NCBI GenBank assembly: GCA_016217925.1
Contig: JACRFK010000005.1
Location: 44,170-108,169, forward strand
DNA from: Candidatus Kaiserbacteria bacterium
Lineage (GTDB): Bacteria > Patescibacteriota > Minisyncoccia > Phycocordibacterales > UBA2100
Direction of reading: 5' to 3'
Length of the DNA stretch: 64,000 bases
Shown: piece by piece, positions 38,801-47,683 of the stretch
Position numbering within the stretch: position 1 is the stretch's first letter
Layout: each line of letters begins with the position of its first letter
Program-made: the position numbers and the translations under genes
Notes under the pieces: model-generated
The model's database searches: none
Told to the model about the DNA's origin: nothing
The model's input: the letters and a program-made list of their open reading frames with translations, nothing else

Positions 38801-39157
38801 CGTAAGAACGTCGTGCTGAACGAGGGTACGCCGGAACAACGAGAGCTACGCATTCCGTATAGAGACAACTACCTTAAGACAGCACTTGACCGTGAGGGAT
38901 GGCCGAGCGAGCAGTGCAAGAAAGGTGGTAATGCTTGGCGTTTTTCAGTTCACGCCTCTACGTTCCCCACGAATGAGCATATCGACAACCTAGTCGAAAA
39001 GATAGCTGATGTGCACATTGAATTTCTCAAGTTGCAGATTGAGAAAGGCAACAGGTTGGCGGACAAAGCCGGTGATGAGAACCTAAGAATTACCTCATGG
39101 GAAAGCTTATTGGAAAGGACGGAAAACGTCCAAGACTATGAATGGTTAGAGGACTAA
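35813..39157 (+). CDS. large hypothetical protein (~1115 aa) with a C-terminal class V aminotransferase / cysteine-desulfurase-like PLP-fold region
   Basis: C-terminal half has YASATDAM, DGCQSVG and FINSGGKGPGIENVSMVAIRK blocks resembling IscS/SufS-type (S/T)xHK and DAxQSxG motifs; N-terminal ~600 aa unrecognised; no signal peptide. Confidence 0.7.
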   Translation: MVERSHQGPGKGPLGGPRASQDQQQVDEKGIKSDLAVLLRSLEDMEKRVVKSGQQVFFGTAQLGHRIETLQRTHQGGTHDVRIMYDALFDAGVPAAALEDFGRNVAKRGVPDNQLFSTGYIKEKFFSKGVISEAGLKFNPGEGGEAWLSKHVQEELEGLRGFDLGAACKVQDLARSMGTQYGNSAAMMTRLMFVCSGNEPGAEERSVRFSDPAEKIGLLVRSRLAEARTKGVREENTFVEGMQMFLGVYADITAKVLQNAKPEQQANIHERSKAMLSKLLQSEQLRAAHLDPGKSPPDPFSIFSELLREEGAINPWVVGDSTETPFDIGKFHLLISPDVPRGLVADAVFVLNNYQEALLAQDVAKIPASVQKYKDRQRQAGANAELPSGLDITKALTNAASRICRLRGEKFNAPNPKEDTEEVLRLKRQEYERIVEDFVRPLGRGIPPFSALLRIVDPKKVVRDGQIRDDFIPLLKSIPKFSDTAEDADKVRIVASSVKTFLEDPDPYLDVPLLGTEGDYSLRTLLTIRANEWFDKEILLRGPYAHSDRKGAPPPEPLIPPRDTWRVPKERLVELAKNFNTAAGAKWLWAREWIEDACKILRRLPNSYENILGFASRESKRYYKMPGEYEVVFYASATDAMSNIVDKLFPNMVAGDYFIGSPQEYESMADPLIHKGARFEAAYINERIGDTRRTKTPDQFYDDIVRIIESPRKDGRLPRAIFLSSKTRFGDAVGVTPPEPRRVLDENGKETGEEKMFYTPNTHGLSMIIQRLKSRYPSVPVAVDGCQSVGRNDRDEDLSRLGCDIFINSGGKGPGIENVSMVAIRKVSLEQRDDKGNVVRKDGKPVFTTPEHHWLEHITDEKVLRNPESVLTPGKGTVDISRVAALGFALQLLDSRIDTWSVIDPSDKRKQRDRIADHMGAMTEHMLTRTQEYAGSLFKRLQTANLPFPIPDEASLAKNPEFVKRFGCQVVHPAHQNIIDYDGIVTLTFPNIGTVERKNVVLNEGTPEQRELRIPYRDNYLKTALDREGWPSEQCKKGGNAWRFSVHASTFPTNEHIDNLVEKIADVHIEFLKLQIEKGNRLADKAGDENLRITSWESLLERTENVQDYEWLED

Positions 39158-39195
39158 CCATTTGCTTTTTTTAACCCCGTGCGTAGAGTTATTGC

Positions 39196-39990
39196 ATGCT
39201 CCGCAAATTGCTCGAAAGCATAGGGCTGAACGCCAAGGAAGCAGAGGTGTATCTGGCTTGTCTGAAGCTCGGAACGCAGGATATCGCCACCTTGAGCAAG
39301 GAAACGAAACTTGCCCCGTTTGACGTGAGCGTCATTTTGACCAACCTTCTGGACAGGGGGTTCGTCAGCAAATTCTCCCGCGAGAAGGATTTCTTCACTC
39401 CGCAAGAGCCGGGCATTTTGGTCAATATTCTCGAGAACGGAAAAATGAGGCTCGAGGCCAACATCTCGAACTTCAAAAAGCATTTGAAGCATTTTGAGGA
39501 TTACATGAATCCAGCCTTCACCAAGCCGGAAATCGCATTCTATGAGGGAGCGGAGGGCATCGTGGCAGCATACGAAGACACGCTGACGTCAAAAACGGAG
39601 ATTTTGGCGTTTGCGTCCATAGACGACACGGAAAACATCTTGCCCGAGTACGTACCCAAGTACTACAAGCGGCGTAAAGCGGCAAAGATACCGATACGCG
39701 CGATCTTCCCCGATACAAAAATGGCGCGGGCGCGCCAGAAGAAAGATGTCGAAGAGCTGCGCGAGAGCCGCCTCTTGCCGAAATCCGTCTTGAATATCGA
39801 GATCGAAATAAATGTGTACGATGATAAGGTCGCCTATTTCTCAATCCCCGAGAAGCTCGCCATCATCGTCAAAAGCAAGCTCATCGCGGCGAGTATGCGA
39901 GAAATGTTCGGTCTCTGCTGGAAAATGGCCGATACGTACGCCGCGGTTGCCGAGCCACCCACACCCGCGAGAGCTAAGAAGAAGCAATAG
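39196..39990 (+). CDS. TrmB-family transcriptional regulator
   Basis: N-terminal winged HTH (LGLNAKEAEVYLACLKLGTQDIATLSKETKLAPFDVSVILTNLLDRGFV) typical of TrmB; C-terminal sensor-like domain. Confidence 0.7.
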   Translation: MLRKLLESIGLNAKEAEVYLACLKLGTQDIATLSKETKLAPFDVSVILTNLLDRGFVSKFSREKDFFTPQEPGILVNILENGKMRLEANISNFKKHLKHFEDYMNPAFTKPEIAFYEGAEGIVAAYEDTLTSKTEILAFASIDDTENILPEYVPKYYKRRKAAKIPIRAIFPDTKMARARQKKDVEELRESRLLPKSVLNIEIEINVYDDKVAYFSIPEKLAIIVKSKLIAASMREMFGLCWKMADTYAAVAEPPTPARAKKKQ

Positions 39991-40912
39991 TTCTCGACGA
40001 TTTCTTGTACTCCGCATGATTTGCGGGGCCCGATGCGGCTATGTGGTCCATTTCATATGTCCTCACTTGGAATTCGATGAGTTTCCCTTCGAGGCAACTG
40101 AGTACGGTGTGTACGCTCCGGTAGCCGTTCTCCTTGGGATTTGCGATGTAATCTTTGTACCGCTCGGGGAAATGCCGCCAGAGTTTGTGAAGCACCTCAA
40201 TCGCTTTCCGGCAATCTTTTTCGGACAATGTCAGTATGCGGAAGCCGTGTATATCGTAGATGTCGTTGATACTCTTGTTCTTAAGCGCAACTTTGTTGTA
40301 GACACCGAAGATGTTCTTGACCCTGTTCTCAATACTGAAATCCTTGATACCGGCCTTCCTGAGTGCGTCTTCGAGTATCCCGCGAATGGAAAGGATAAGA
40401 TGTTGGTCAATGAACATCTGTTTTTGGACGACGCTCTCGAAGAGGGCGAAATTCTCCGGGTCGAATGTCTTGAAGACCGCATCCTCAAGCATGTACCGGA
40501 GTTTCCAGAGACCGAAGTGATTGGCCACGTCGAGCCACTGCCGGTAGCGTTTTTCTTCCGGAAGCAGCACCTTGTTCTCATACAAGTCATACAGTGTCTC
40601 GAGGAGGGCGAGTGTGACGGCTTCGCTCGAGTGGTGCAGCGGGTCGCGCACGTCGAGGAATTCTTTCGGGTGGGGGAGCGACTTCAGCATCGCCGTTTTC
40701 AGTTGCCAGATACGTTTGCACTTCTCGGGCACGTATGCTTCGGCCTCCGGGACAGGGGGTGTCAGAAATGCGAGCCAAATGCGAGGAGGAATCTTCAAGC
40801 GCTTCTCGGCTTCCAAAATCTTCTTATATGCGAGCTTTCCCATGAGGAATGGTTGAAATTCCTGGGGGAAAAGTGCCACATAGTCCTCAAAATAGCCCTT
40901 GGGGACAGCCAT
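39974..40912 (-). CDS. RelA/SpoT-homologue (p)ppGpp synthetase-domain protein (small alarmone synthetase-like) with ~140-aa N-terminal extension
   Basis: Synthetase-domain blocks RVKNIFGVYNKV, DIHGFRIL, GYRSVHTVL, EFQVRTYEMDHIAASG; no hydrolase HD motif. Confidence 0.8.
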   Translation of the reverse strand: MAVPKGYFEDYVALFPQEFQPFLMGKLAYKKILEAEKRLKIPPRIWLAFLTPPVPEAEAYVPEKCKRIWQLKTAMLKSLPHPKEFLDVRDPLHHSSEAVTLALLETLYDLYENKVLLPEEKRYRQWLDVANHFGLWKLRYMLEDAVFKTFDPENFALFESVVQKQMFIDQHLILSIRGILEDALRKAGIKDFSIENRVKNIFGVYNKVALKNKSINDIYDIHGFRILTLSEKDCRKAIEVLHKLWRHFPERYKDYIANPKENGYRSVHTVLSCLEGKLIEFQVRTYEMDHIAASGPANHAEYKKSSRTIASS

Positions 40913-41002
40913 ATTCCTTATTTATACGCACAATAAGCCCTGGGGGCAACAGAACGAGGATTTCCACAGGGAGGGGGCGGAGGGTGCTAGAATGGTTGAT
41001 AT

Positions 41003-41581
41003 ATGACAACGATCCAAGGCGGAGGAGTAAAGATGGAGATGCCACAAGGCCCGGAGCAGCCTAAGGGGTTCGATTTCAAACCAATTGATGACTCAGCGAC
41101 GTTTTTCAAGTACAAGACGACCATCGAGGGTTTGGAATGGGACCCGGGGGATACAAGTGAGGGGCGGGTAAAGATGCGGGAACGGACGCCGGATTTAAAG
41201 AAGCTGTACCTGCAGAGTTTGAATGAAAATAATCGCCTCAAACTTTTTCTGATAATGGACGGGGAAAAAGTAGACGGATTTGCGGCGATAAAAATCGATG
41301 CGCAAGATGAGGTGGGAAAGCGCCTCGGCACCGTCACGCATCTGTGGCTTTCCGAGCGTCGTCGCCAGGGAGGTACACTCTTGAATGTTCTCGATTCCGC
41401 TGAAAAGCAGATGCGCAAAGAGGGCTGCACAGACGGGATAATCAACGCGCCCGAAGCGCTCGCCACATTTGAGCGTGTGGCAGGGCACACTAAGCCCAGT
41501 AATTTCTTCGAGCTTAAGGGTGCGGCGAATGACAACGAACAGTCCAAGCCGAGGGCAGCCGTTGAGAGAAAAGTCGCTTAA
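41003..41581 (+). CDS. hypothetical protein, possible GNAT-fold acetyltransferase
   Basis: C-terminal RRRQGGTLLNVL resembles the acetyl-CoA-binding R/Q-x-x-G-x-G/A motif; weak. Confidence 0.4.
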   Translation: MTTIQGGGVKMEMPQGPEQPKGFDFKPIDDSATFFKYKTTIEGLEWDPGDTSEGRVKMRERTPDLKKLYLQSLNENNRLKLFLIMDGEKVDGFAAIKIDAQDEVGKRLGTVTHLWLSERRRQGGTLLNVLDSAEKQMRKEGCTDGIINAPEALATFERVAGHTKPSNFFELKGAANDNEQSKPRAAVERKVA

Positions 41582-41583
41582 CC

Positions 41584-42243
41584 ATGAAAACACCGCGCGA
41601 GATTTATGCGGCATACAAAATAATGCCGGCTTTGCAAACGCACCAGCTTCGCGTCGCAGCGGTGGGGAAGTTGATCTGCGACAACTTTACACAGCCTATT
41701 GAGAAGCTCGATGTAATCCTTGCGTGCCTCTTTCACGACATGGGAAATATCGTCAAATTCAAACTCGGGCAAATCCCGGAATTTCTTGAGCCGGAGGGTT
41801 TGGAATACTGGCAGAGGGTGAAAGATGAGTTTAAAAACAAGTACGGGAACGACCAGCATGAGGCGTCGAAGCAGATCGCACGCGAGCTGGGGCTACCCAA
41901 TCCCGTTATTGGATACATCGATGCCGTGGCGTTCGCGAAGGCCGAGACTACTCTTGCTAGTGGTTCATGGGAGGAAAAGATCTGCGAATACGCGGACACT
42001 CGCGTTTCCCCGCACGGCATACTCCCTTTGGTTGCAAGACTCGAAGAAGGGCGTAAAAGATACGAGGGGCGTACAGCTGACACCGGTCTGACCGCATCGC
42101 GCGGGCGGTTCGATGAACTTCTCGATGCCGAGCGGGCGATAGAAAAACAGATCTTCGCGCAAGCGACGATCCGGCCCGAAGATATCAACGACGCGACGGT
42201 CGCACCGCTCGTGGAAGAATTGTGGGAGTATCCAGTCTCGTGA
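41584..42243 (+). CDS. HD-domain phosphohydrolase
   Basis: H...LFHDMGN metal-binding motif; 219 aa. Confidence 0.7.
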   Translation: MKTPREIYAAYKIMPALQTHQLRVAAVGKLICDNFTQPIEKLDVILACLFHDMGNIVKFKLGQIPEFLEPEGLEYWQRVKDEFKNKYGNDQHEASKQIARELGLPNPVIGYIDAVAFAKAETTLASGSWEEKICEYADTRVSPHGILPLVARLEEGRKRYEGRTADTGLTASRGRFDELLDAERAIEKQIFAQATIRPEDINDATVAPLVEELWEYPVS

Positions 42244-42258
42244 TATTCTCACGTTGTT

Positions 42259-42331
42259 GCCGTTGTAGCTCAGTTGGTAGAGCACGTCATTGGTAATGAC
42301 GAGGTCTCCGGTTCAATCCCGGACAACGGCT
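42259..42331 (+). tRNA. tRNA-Thr (anticodon GGU)
   Basis: GCCGTTG acceptor; anticodon loop TTGGTAA; T-arm GGTTCAATCC; 73 nt. Confidence 0.9.
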
Positions 42332-42411
42332 CACGATTGAACTCAAGTCTGTTGTGAGGAGCCACTCAACTGCGGACCTCGCTTCGGGTTAAATACTGGT
42401 ATGATGTTGGT

Positions 42412-42852
42412 ATGGTCAATGCAAAGAAACCAAGGAGGCCATGCCTTACGTGCGGCAAAGAGCCTGACCGTTCGTACTACAAATACTGTAGTAATGCTTG
42501 TCAGTCGGAATACCAACGCGAGGTATATATAAAGAACTGGCAAGCGGGCAGGCTTAGTGGCCTAAATAGTATCGGGGTAGTTTCAAAGCCGGTCAAAAGA
42601 TATTTGCGAAAGAAATTTGGAAATCAATGCAGTATTTGTGGGTGGTCAAAAGTAAATAAAAAAACCGGAGAGGTTCCGTTAGTTGCCGATCATATCGATG
42701 GAAATTGGCGTCATAATTGGGAGACCAATCTTCGGCTGATTTGTCCCAACTGCGATTCTCTGACTTCAACATATGCCGGTCTTAACAAAGGAAACGGAAG
42801 AAAAAATCGAACCACAAGCAAAAGAGCCTATAACGCTCGTTTATTTATGTAG
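42412..42852 (+). CDS. HNH-family endonuclease (zinc-ribbon HNH) between two tRNA-Thr genes
   Basis: CxxC...CxxC pairs; CSICGW...LVADHIDGNWRHN...NLRLICPNC HNH motif. Confidence 0.7.
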   Translation: MVNAKKPRRPCLTCGKEPDRSYYKYCSNACQSEYQREVYIKNWQAGRLSGLNSIGVVSKPVKRYLRKKFGNQCSICGWSKVNKKTGEVPLVADHIDGNWRHNWETNLRLICPNCDSLTSTYAGLNKGNGRKNRTTSKRAYNARLFM

Positions 42853-42875
42853 TTGTGGTACTATCTTTTTCGATT

Positions 42876-42948
42876 GCCGCCTTAGCTCAGTTGGTAGAGC
42901 ATATCTTTCGTAAAGATAAGGTCCGCGGTTCGATCCCGCGAGGCGGCT
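42876..42948 (+). tRNA. tRNA-Thr (anticodon CGU)
   Basis: GCCGCCT acceptor; anticodon loop TTCGTAA; T-arm GGTTCGATCCC; 73 nt. Confidence 0.9.
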
Positions 42949-43020
42949 CCAGAGATGGTAAGCTGAGAGCAGTTTGCTCAAAAGCCGGAGCTGCACAAAA
43001 CCAGAGAAGAGGAGCTCAAT

Positions 43021-43320
43021 ATGGCGCAATACACCGTATTTGACTTAACTCTCCCGAACGGCAGACAGTCCGCACGCGGATATCCCGACGACTACGTCAC
43101 TGAGTACGGGCTTGAGAAAGGCAAATTGGTACGTGTCTTTCCAAGTGGCAATTCGTTCCAGATTGAATTCGGCGTTACGCCATCATTTGAGAGCGGTGTC
43201 ATGTGCCGCATCATGTCGATGGGTCCGGCGACTATCAAATCGCCACTCTGGAACAATGCTCCGCGCGACGTGCTGCTTGTACATCTCGCATTCACCGAAG
43301 TGACAAGTATGTACCACTGA
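43021..43320 (+). CDS. hypothetical small protein
   Basis: 99-aa ORF; no confident domain. Confidence 0.3.
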   Translation: MAQYTVFDLTLPNGRQSARGYPDDYVTEYGLEKGKLVRVFPSGNSFQIEFGVTPSFESGVMCRIMSMGPATIKSPLWNNAPRDVLLVHLAFTEVTSMYH

Positions 43321-43373
43321 CGAGACGAGGGGGGAGCGCACTGCTCCCTCTCCTCATTTGTTATACTCGTCTC

Positions 43374-44273
43374 ATGGGAAAGAAAGAAGAAATACAAGCC
43401 AAAATCTCCGAAATCGAAACCGCAATGGGAGCGGCGGATTTTTGGAGCGACAAGGTTAAGGCTCAGGCTGCGCTCAAAGAGTACCAAGATCTGAAGGCAA
43501 AGCTCGCAAGCGGCGGCGGTTACGACAAGAGCGACGCGCTCGTCACGATAATCTCGGGGGCGGGCGGTGACGATGCCGAAGATTTCTCCCGCATCCTTTT
43601 CGAGATGTACAAAAAATACGCGGCGGCGAAAGGATGGAACACAGGATTGCTTTCATCCAACGAGAATACGATGGGCGGCTTTCGCAGCATCTCGTTCGAG
43701 ATCGACGGCTCGGGTGCCTATGGCGCTCTGAAGCATGAAGCGGGTGTGCACCGGCTTGTGCGCATGTCACCGTTCAATTCGGCGGGGAAGCGGCAGACCA
43801 GCTTCTCGCTCGTCGAAGTGCTCCCGAAACTGGAAGACTTGCCCGAGACGCATATTCCTGAAAAAGAGCTCGACATATCAGTCGCGCGCTCGGGTGGCCC
43901 TGGCGGGCAAAATGTGAATAAGCGCGACACGGCGGTGCGCATGACGCACATCCCTACCGGCATCTCGGTGCAGGTCACTTCCGAGCGTAGTCAGGCGCAA
44001 AATAGAGAGAAGGCACTCGAAATGATACGCGGCAAACTCTATACATTGCGTGAAGCCGCGCAAGCGCAGGAATCGCGGGGACTCTCCGCGGGAGTCTCCA
44101 CGAAGATTGAGTGGGGAAGTCAGATACGCTCTTATGTATTGCATCCGTACCAGATGGTGAAAGACCACCGCACCGAGCACGAGCGCCGCGACGTGGAGCG
44201 GGTACTCGAAGGCGATATTCAGTCTTTCGTTGATGCGGAGAAAAGTTTGGAGGGAAGTTCAGCTGGGGTATAG
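43374..44273 (+). CDS. prfB: peptide chain release factor 2 (N-terminally short form, no programmed frameshift site)
   Basis: SPF tripeptide motif (MSPFNSAGKRQTSFS); GGQ motif (GGQNVNK); ~300 aa, lacking the first ~60 residues of E. coli RF2. Confidence 0.85.
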   Translation: MGKKEEIQAKISEIETAMGAADFWSDKVKAQAALKEYQDLKAKLASGGGYDKSDALVTIISGAGGDDAEDFSRILFEMYKKYAAAKGWNTGLLSSNENTMGGFRSISFEIDGSGAYGALKHEAGVHRLVRMSPFNSAGKRQTSFSLVEVLPKLEDLPETHIPEKELDISVARSGGPGGQNVNKRDTAVRMTHIPTGISVQVTSERSQAQNREKALEMIRGKLYTLREAAQAQESRGLSAGVSTKIEWGSQIRSYVLHPYQMVKDHRTEHERRDVERVLEGDIQSFVDAEKSLEGSSAGV

Positions 44274-44361
44274 TCGCTCCGCTCGTTTAGCCGTCGCCCA
44301 CTCGGAGGCGAGAGCTAGCTCTCGCCTCACTCGCTTCGCTAGGCTATAATAACTCCTTACA

Positions 44362-45051
44362 ATGCACATGATTTACTTCGATAAGGTAACGAAAACGTAT
44401 TTTGACGGGGCTGCTGCCGCAGTTGCCGACATCACGCTCGGTATCGATCCCGGCGAGTTCGTCTCCATCGTCGGGCATTCTGGTGCGGGAAAGACGACGC
44501 TCCTCAAAATGCTGTTCGCAGAGGTCATTCCGACCGAAGGTGCGGTATTTTTCGGCTCACGCGATGTAAGTAAGCTCTCAAATGGGGAGCTTTTGAAGCT
44601 GCGTCGCAATATCGGCACTATATTTCAGGACTACCGGCTCCTCTCCACCAAGAATGTGTACGAAAATATCGCTTTTGCGCTCGAGGTGGCGGGCCGCAAC
44701 GATGAAGATATCGCCGGTGATGTGCCGCACGTATTAGACCTCGTGGGTCTCTCCGACAAGATCTGGAGCTTCCCGCACGAACTTTCCGGCGGGGAGCAAC
44801 AGCGGGTCGCGATAGCGCGTGCGATCGTGAACCAGCCCGACGTCTTGATAGCAGATGAACCGACGGGCAACCTCGATCCCATCAACACGCACGATATCGT
44901 GGAGATCCTCAAAAAGATCAACGACCTCGGAACGACCGTCCTTCTCACGACCCACAACAAATCTGTTGTCGATTCCATCGATCGGCGCGTCGTCACGATG
45001 GATCAGGGCCGCATTGTCCGCGACGACAAAGAAGGGAGGTACTCTTTGTAG
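44362..45051 (+). CDS. ftsE: cell-division ABC transporter ATP-binding protein FtsE
   Basis: Walker [10 protein letters not shown]; [14 protein letters not shown] signature; Walker [13 protein letters not shown]; 229 aa; followed by ftsX. Confidence 0.9.
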   Translation: MHMIYFDKVTKTYFDGAAAAVADITLGIDPGEFVSIVGHSGAGKTTLLKMLFAEVIPTEGAVFFGSRDVSKLSNGELLKLRRNIGTIFQDYRLLSTKNVYENIAFALEVAGRNDEDIAGDVPHVLDLVGLSDKIWSFPHELSGGEQQRVAIARAIVNQPDVLIADEPTGNLDPINTHDIVEILKKINDLGTTVLLTTHNKSVVDSIDRRVVTMDQGRIVRDDKEGRYSL

Positions 45052-45066
45052 TAGTACAATATCAAT

Positions 45067-46014
45067 ATGTCTTATTGGACGACAACAAAGCGAATAGCGC
45101 GATACGGACTCGTCGGTTTTGTTCGTAACGGGTTCGTTTCACTTTCCGCGATACTCATGATGACCATCATGTCGTTCATGCTCGTGAATATCATGATCTC
45201 CAACGCGGCGATGACCGCCACGCTCAAGGACCTTACCAATAAAGTCGATGTGACGGTCTACTTCCGGACGAATGCGACGGGAGATCAGATAGAACAGATC
45301 AATAGATCACTCCAGTCGCTTCCTGAGGTCGCGTCCGTTTCCTTGATGACCCGCGAACAAGCTCTGGCCGATTTCCGGGAGCGCCATAAAAACGATCAGC
45401 TGACGATACAGGCGCTCGATGAGCTCGGTACAAATCCGCTCGGCGCGTCTCTTGAGATTCGCGCGAAGCAGACAAGCCAGTACGAGGGCATCGCCAAGTA
45501 TCTTCAGGCGCAGCAGGATTCACAATCCGGTGCGGGCGTCGCTATCGACAAAGTGAATTTCTACCAGAACAAGACGGCCATCGACCGTCTCACGAACATC
45601 ATTGATACATCGAAAAAGAACGGTATCGCAAAGACGATCTTTCTCGCCGTCTGTGCGGTGCTCATCGTGCTCAATACGATCCGTCTTGCCATCTACACCG
45701 CCCGCGACGAAATAGGAGTCATGAATCTGGTCGGAGCGAGCAGGTGGTACGTGCGTGGCCCCTTTATGGTCGCCGGAGTGCTCTATGGAGTCGTATCGAG
45801 CGTTCTTGTTCTCATACTGTTGTATCCCATTCTGCTCTACCACCCGGTATTGATCGGGCTCGATCCCACGACCGAACTCTTGTTTGGTAATTTCAACTCG
45901 TTTACCTATTACACGGCCAATTTCCTCTTATTTTTCGTGGTTGTGACAGGCACGAGCATCGCGCTCGGCGCCTTGTCCAGTTATTTGGCCGTCCGCCGCT
46001 ATCTACGCACGTGA
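45067..46014 (+). CDS. ftsX: cell-division permease FtsX
   Basis: One TM, a large periplasmic loop, then three C-terminal TMs; position after ftsE. Confidence 0.8.
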   Translation: MSYWTTTKRIARYGLVGFVRNGFVSLSAILMMTIMSFMLVNIMISNAAMTATLKDLTNKVDVTVYFRTNATGDQIEQINRSLQSLPEVASVSLMTREQALADFRERHKNDQLTIQALDELGTNPLGASLEIRAKQTSQYEGIAKYLQAQQDSQSGAGVAIDKVNFYQNKTAIDRLTNIIDTSKKNGIAKTIFLAVCAVLIVLNTIRLAIYTARDEIGVMNLVGASRWYVRGPFMVAGVLYGVVSSVLVLILLYPILLYHPVLIGLDPTTELLFGNFNSFTYYTANFLLFFVVVTGTSIALGALSSYLAVRRYLRT

Positions 46015-46027
46015 TACAGTAGAGGGT

Positions 46028-47677
46028 ATGAAGCGTGCGCGCGCGGGTCATAAATATATTTTCGTCGTGGGCGGGGTAATGTCTGCCGTAGGCAAGGGTA
46101 TCGCCGCCGCATCCATCGGGAAATTGCTCACCGCGCGCGGGCTCGCGGTCAACCTCGTAAAGATCGATCCGTATCTCAATGTGGACGCCGGAACGATGAA
46201 TCCTATCGAGCACGGGGAAGTCTTCGTCCTCGATTCCGGTCTCGAGACGGATCAGGACATGGGCAACTACGAACGTTTCTTGGGACGTGATCTGGGTCCA
46301 GAGGATTACATGACGAGCGGCATGGTCTACAAGACGGTCATCGAACGTGAGCGCAATCTCGGATACGGCGGGAAATGCGTCGAAGCGATACCGCATGTGA
46401 GAGATGAGATAGTCGGCCGCTTGGAAAGTTCTGCGCGCAAGGCGAAGTCCGATGTGACGGTCGTGGAGATAGGCGGTACGCTCGGTGATTTCTCTAATGC
46501 GCTTTTCATCGATGCGGCGCGCGTCATGCACCTCAAACATTCGTCCGACGTCCTCTTTGTGATGGTTTCCTACTTGCCGGTGCCCAACACGATCGGCGAG
46601 ATGAAAACGAAGCCGACGCAAAATGCAGTGCGCCAGCTCAATGCCTACGGCGTACAGCCCGACATCATCATCGCGCGCTCCACGCATACGCTCGATAAGA
46701 AACGAAAGGAGAAACTCGCGATTTGGTGTAATGTCCAGCCGGACCACATCATCTCAGCACCGGACGTGGATTCTATCTACGACGTGCCACTGAATTTCGA
46801 GCGCGACAAACTCTCCGAGACTCTGATGAGCCTGCTGGGCAAACGCCCGAAGCAGACCCCGGATTTTTCCGAGTGGAAATCATTCGCCGAACACGCGCAC
46901 AATGGAAATGGCACGGTAAAGATAGGCATTGTCGGGAAGTATTTTGATACGGGCGAATTCGTCCTCTCCGATGCGTACATTTCCGTCATCGAGGCCATCA
47001 AATTTTCCGCCTACGTCCACGGCGTAAAGCCGGAGATCGATTGGCTCAACGCGAAAAATTATGAAAGCAATCCCGCGTCCGTTTCCGAGCTCAAGAAGTA
47101 CGACGGGGTCATCGTCCCCGGCGGATTCGGCGAGACGGGCATTGAGGGAAAAATCAACGCCATCCGTTTTGCGCGTGAGAACAAAATCCCATATTTCGGT
47201 CTCTGCTACGGCATGCAATTGATGACCGTCGAATACGCACGCAACGTCGCCGGTCTCGCAGGTGCCCACACGACCGAAATAAATCCGAAGAGCCCGCATC
47301 CCGTCATCGCAATTTTGCCGGAGCAGATAGAAAAACTCGCAAAAAAGAACTACGGAGGCTCGATGCGCCTCGGCGCTTACCCGTGTGAGCTGGTTTCCGG
47401 CACCATCGCGCACGAAGCGTATGGAAAGGGGAGCATCTCCGAGCGCCATCGCCACCGTTTCGAGGTGAATCCCGACTATATTGAGCGTCTCCAAAAAGCC
47501 GGTCTCGTATTCTCGGGCAAATCACCGAGCGGACACCTTATGGAAATCGCGGAATTGCCCAAGAGCGAGCACCCCTTTATGCTCGGCACGCAATTCCACC
47601 CCGAACTCAAAGCCCGCCCGCTCTCACCGCATCCGCTTTTCAACGCGTTCATCAAAGCCGCTATAACCCGTAAGTGA
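46028..47677 (+). CDS. pyrG: CTP synthase
   Basis: KYIFVVGGVMSAVGKGI N-terminus; GATase C-terminal domain with GLCYGMQ and HRHRFEVN; 549 aa. Confidence 0.95.
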   Translation: MKRARAGHKYIFVVGGVMSAVGKGIAAASIGKLLTARGLAVNLVKIDPYLNVDAGTMNPIEHGEVFVLDSGLETDQDMGNYERFLGRDLGPEDYMTSGMVYKTVIERERNLGYGGKCVEAIPHVRDEIVGRLESSARKAKSDVTVVEIGGTLGDFSNALFIDAARVMHLKHSSDVLFVMVSYLPVPNTIGEMKTKPTQNAVRQLNAYGVQPDIIIARSTHTLDKKRKEKLAIWCNVQPDHIISAPDVDSIYDVPLNFERDKLSETLMSLLGKRPKQTPDFSEWKSFAEHAHNGNGTVKIGIVGKYFDTGEFVLSDAYISVIEAIKFSAYVHGVKPEIDWLNAKNYESNPASVSELKKYDGVIVPGGFGETGIEGKINAIRFARENKIPYFGLCYGMQLMTVEYARNVAGLAGAHTTEINPKSPHPVIAILPEQIEKLAKKNYGGSMRLGAYPCELVSGTIAHEAYGKGSISERHRHRFEVNPDYIERLQKAGLVFSGKSPSGHLMEIAELPKSEHPFMLGTQFHPELKARPLSPHPLFNAFIKAAITRK

Positions 47678-47683
47678 ATCTCT

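Noticed and set aside
44305-44328. Hairpin gaggcgagagc-ta-gctctcgcctc after prfB as an intrinsic terminator
   Set aside because: It has a perfect 11-bp stem but no downstream T-tract (it is followed by actcgcttcgc). It may be an RNA stability element or operator, so it is not annotated as a terminator.
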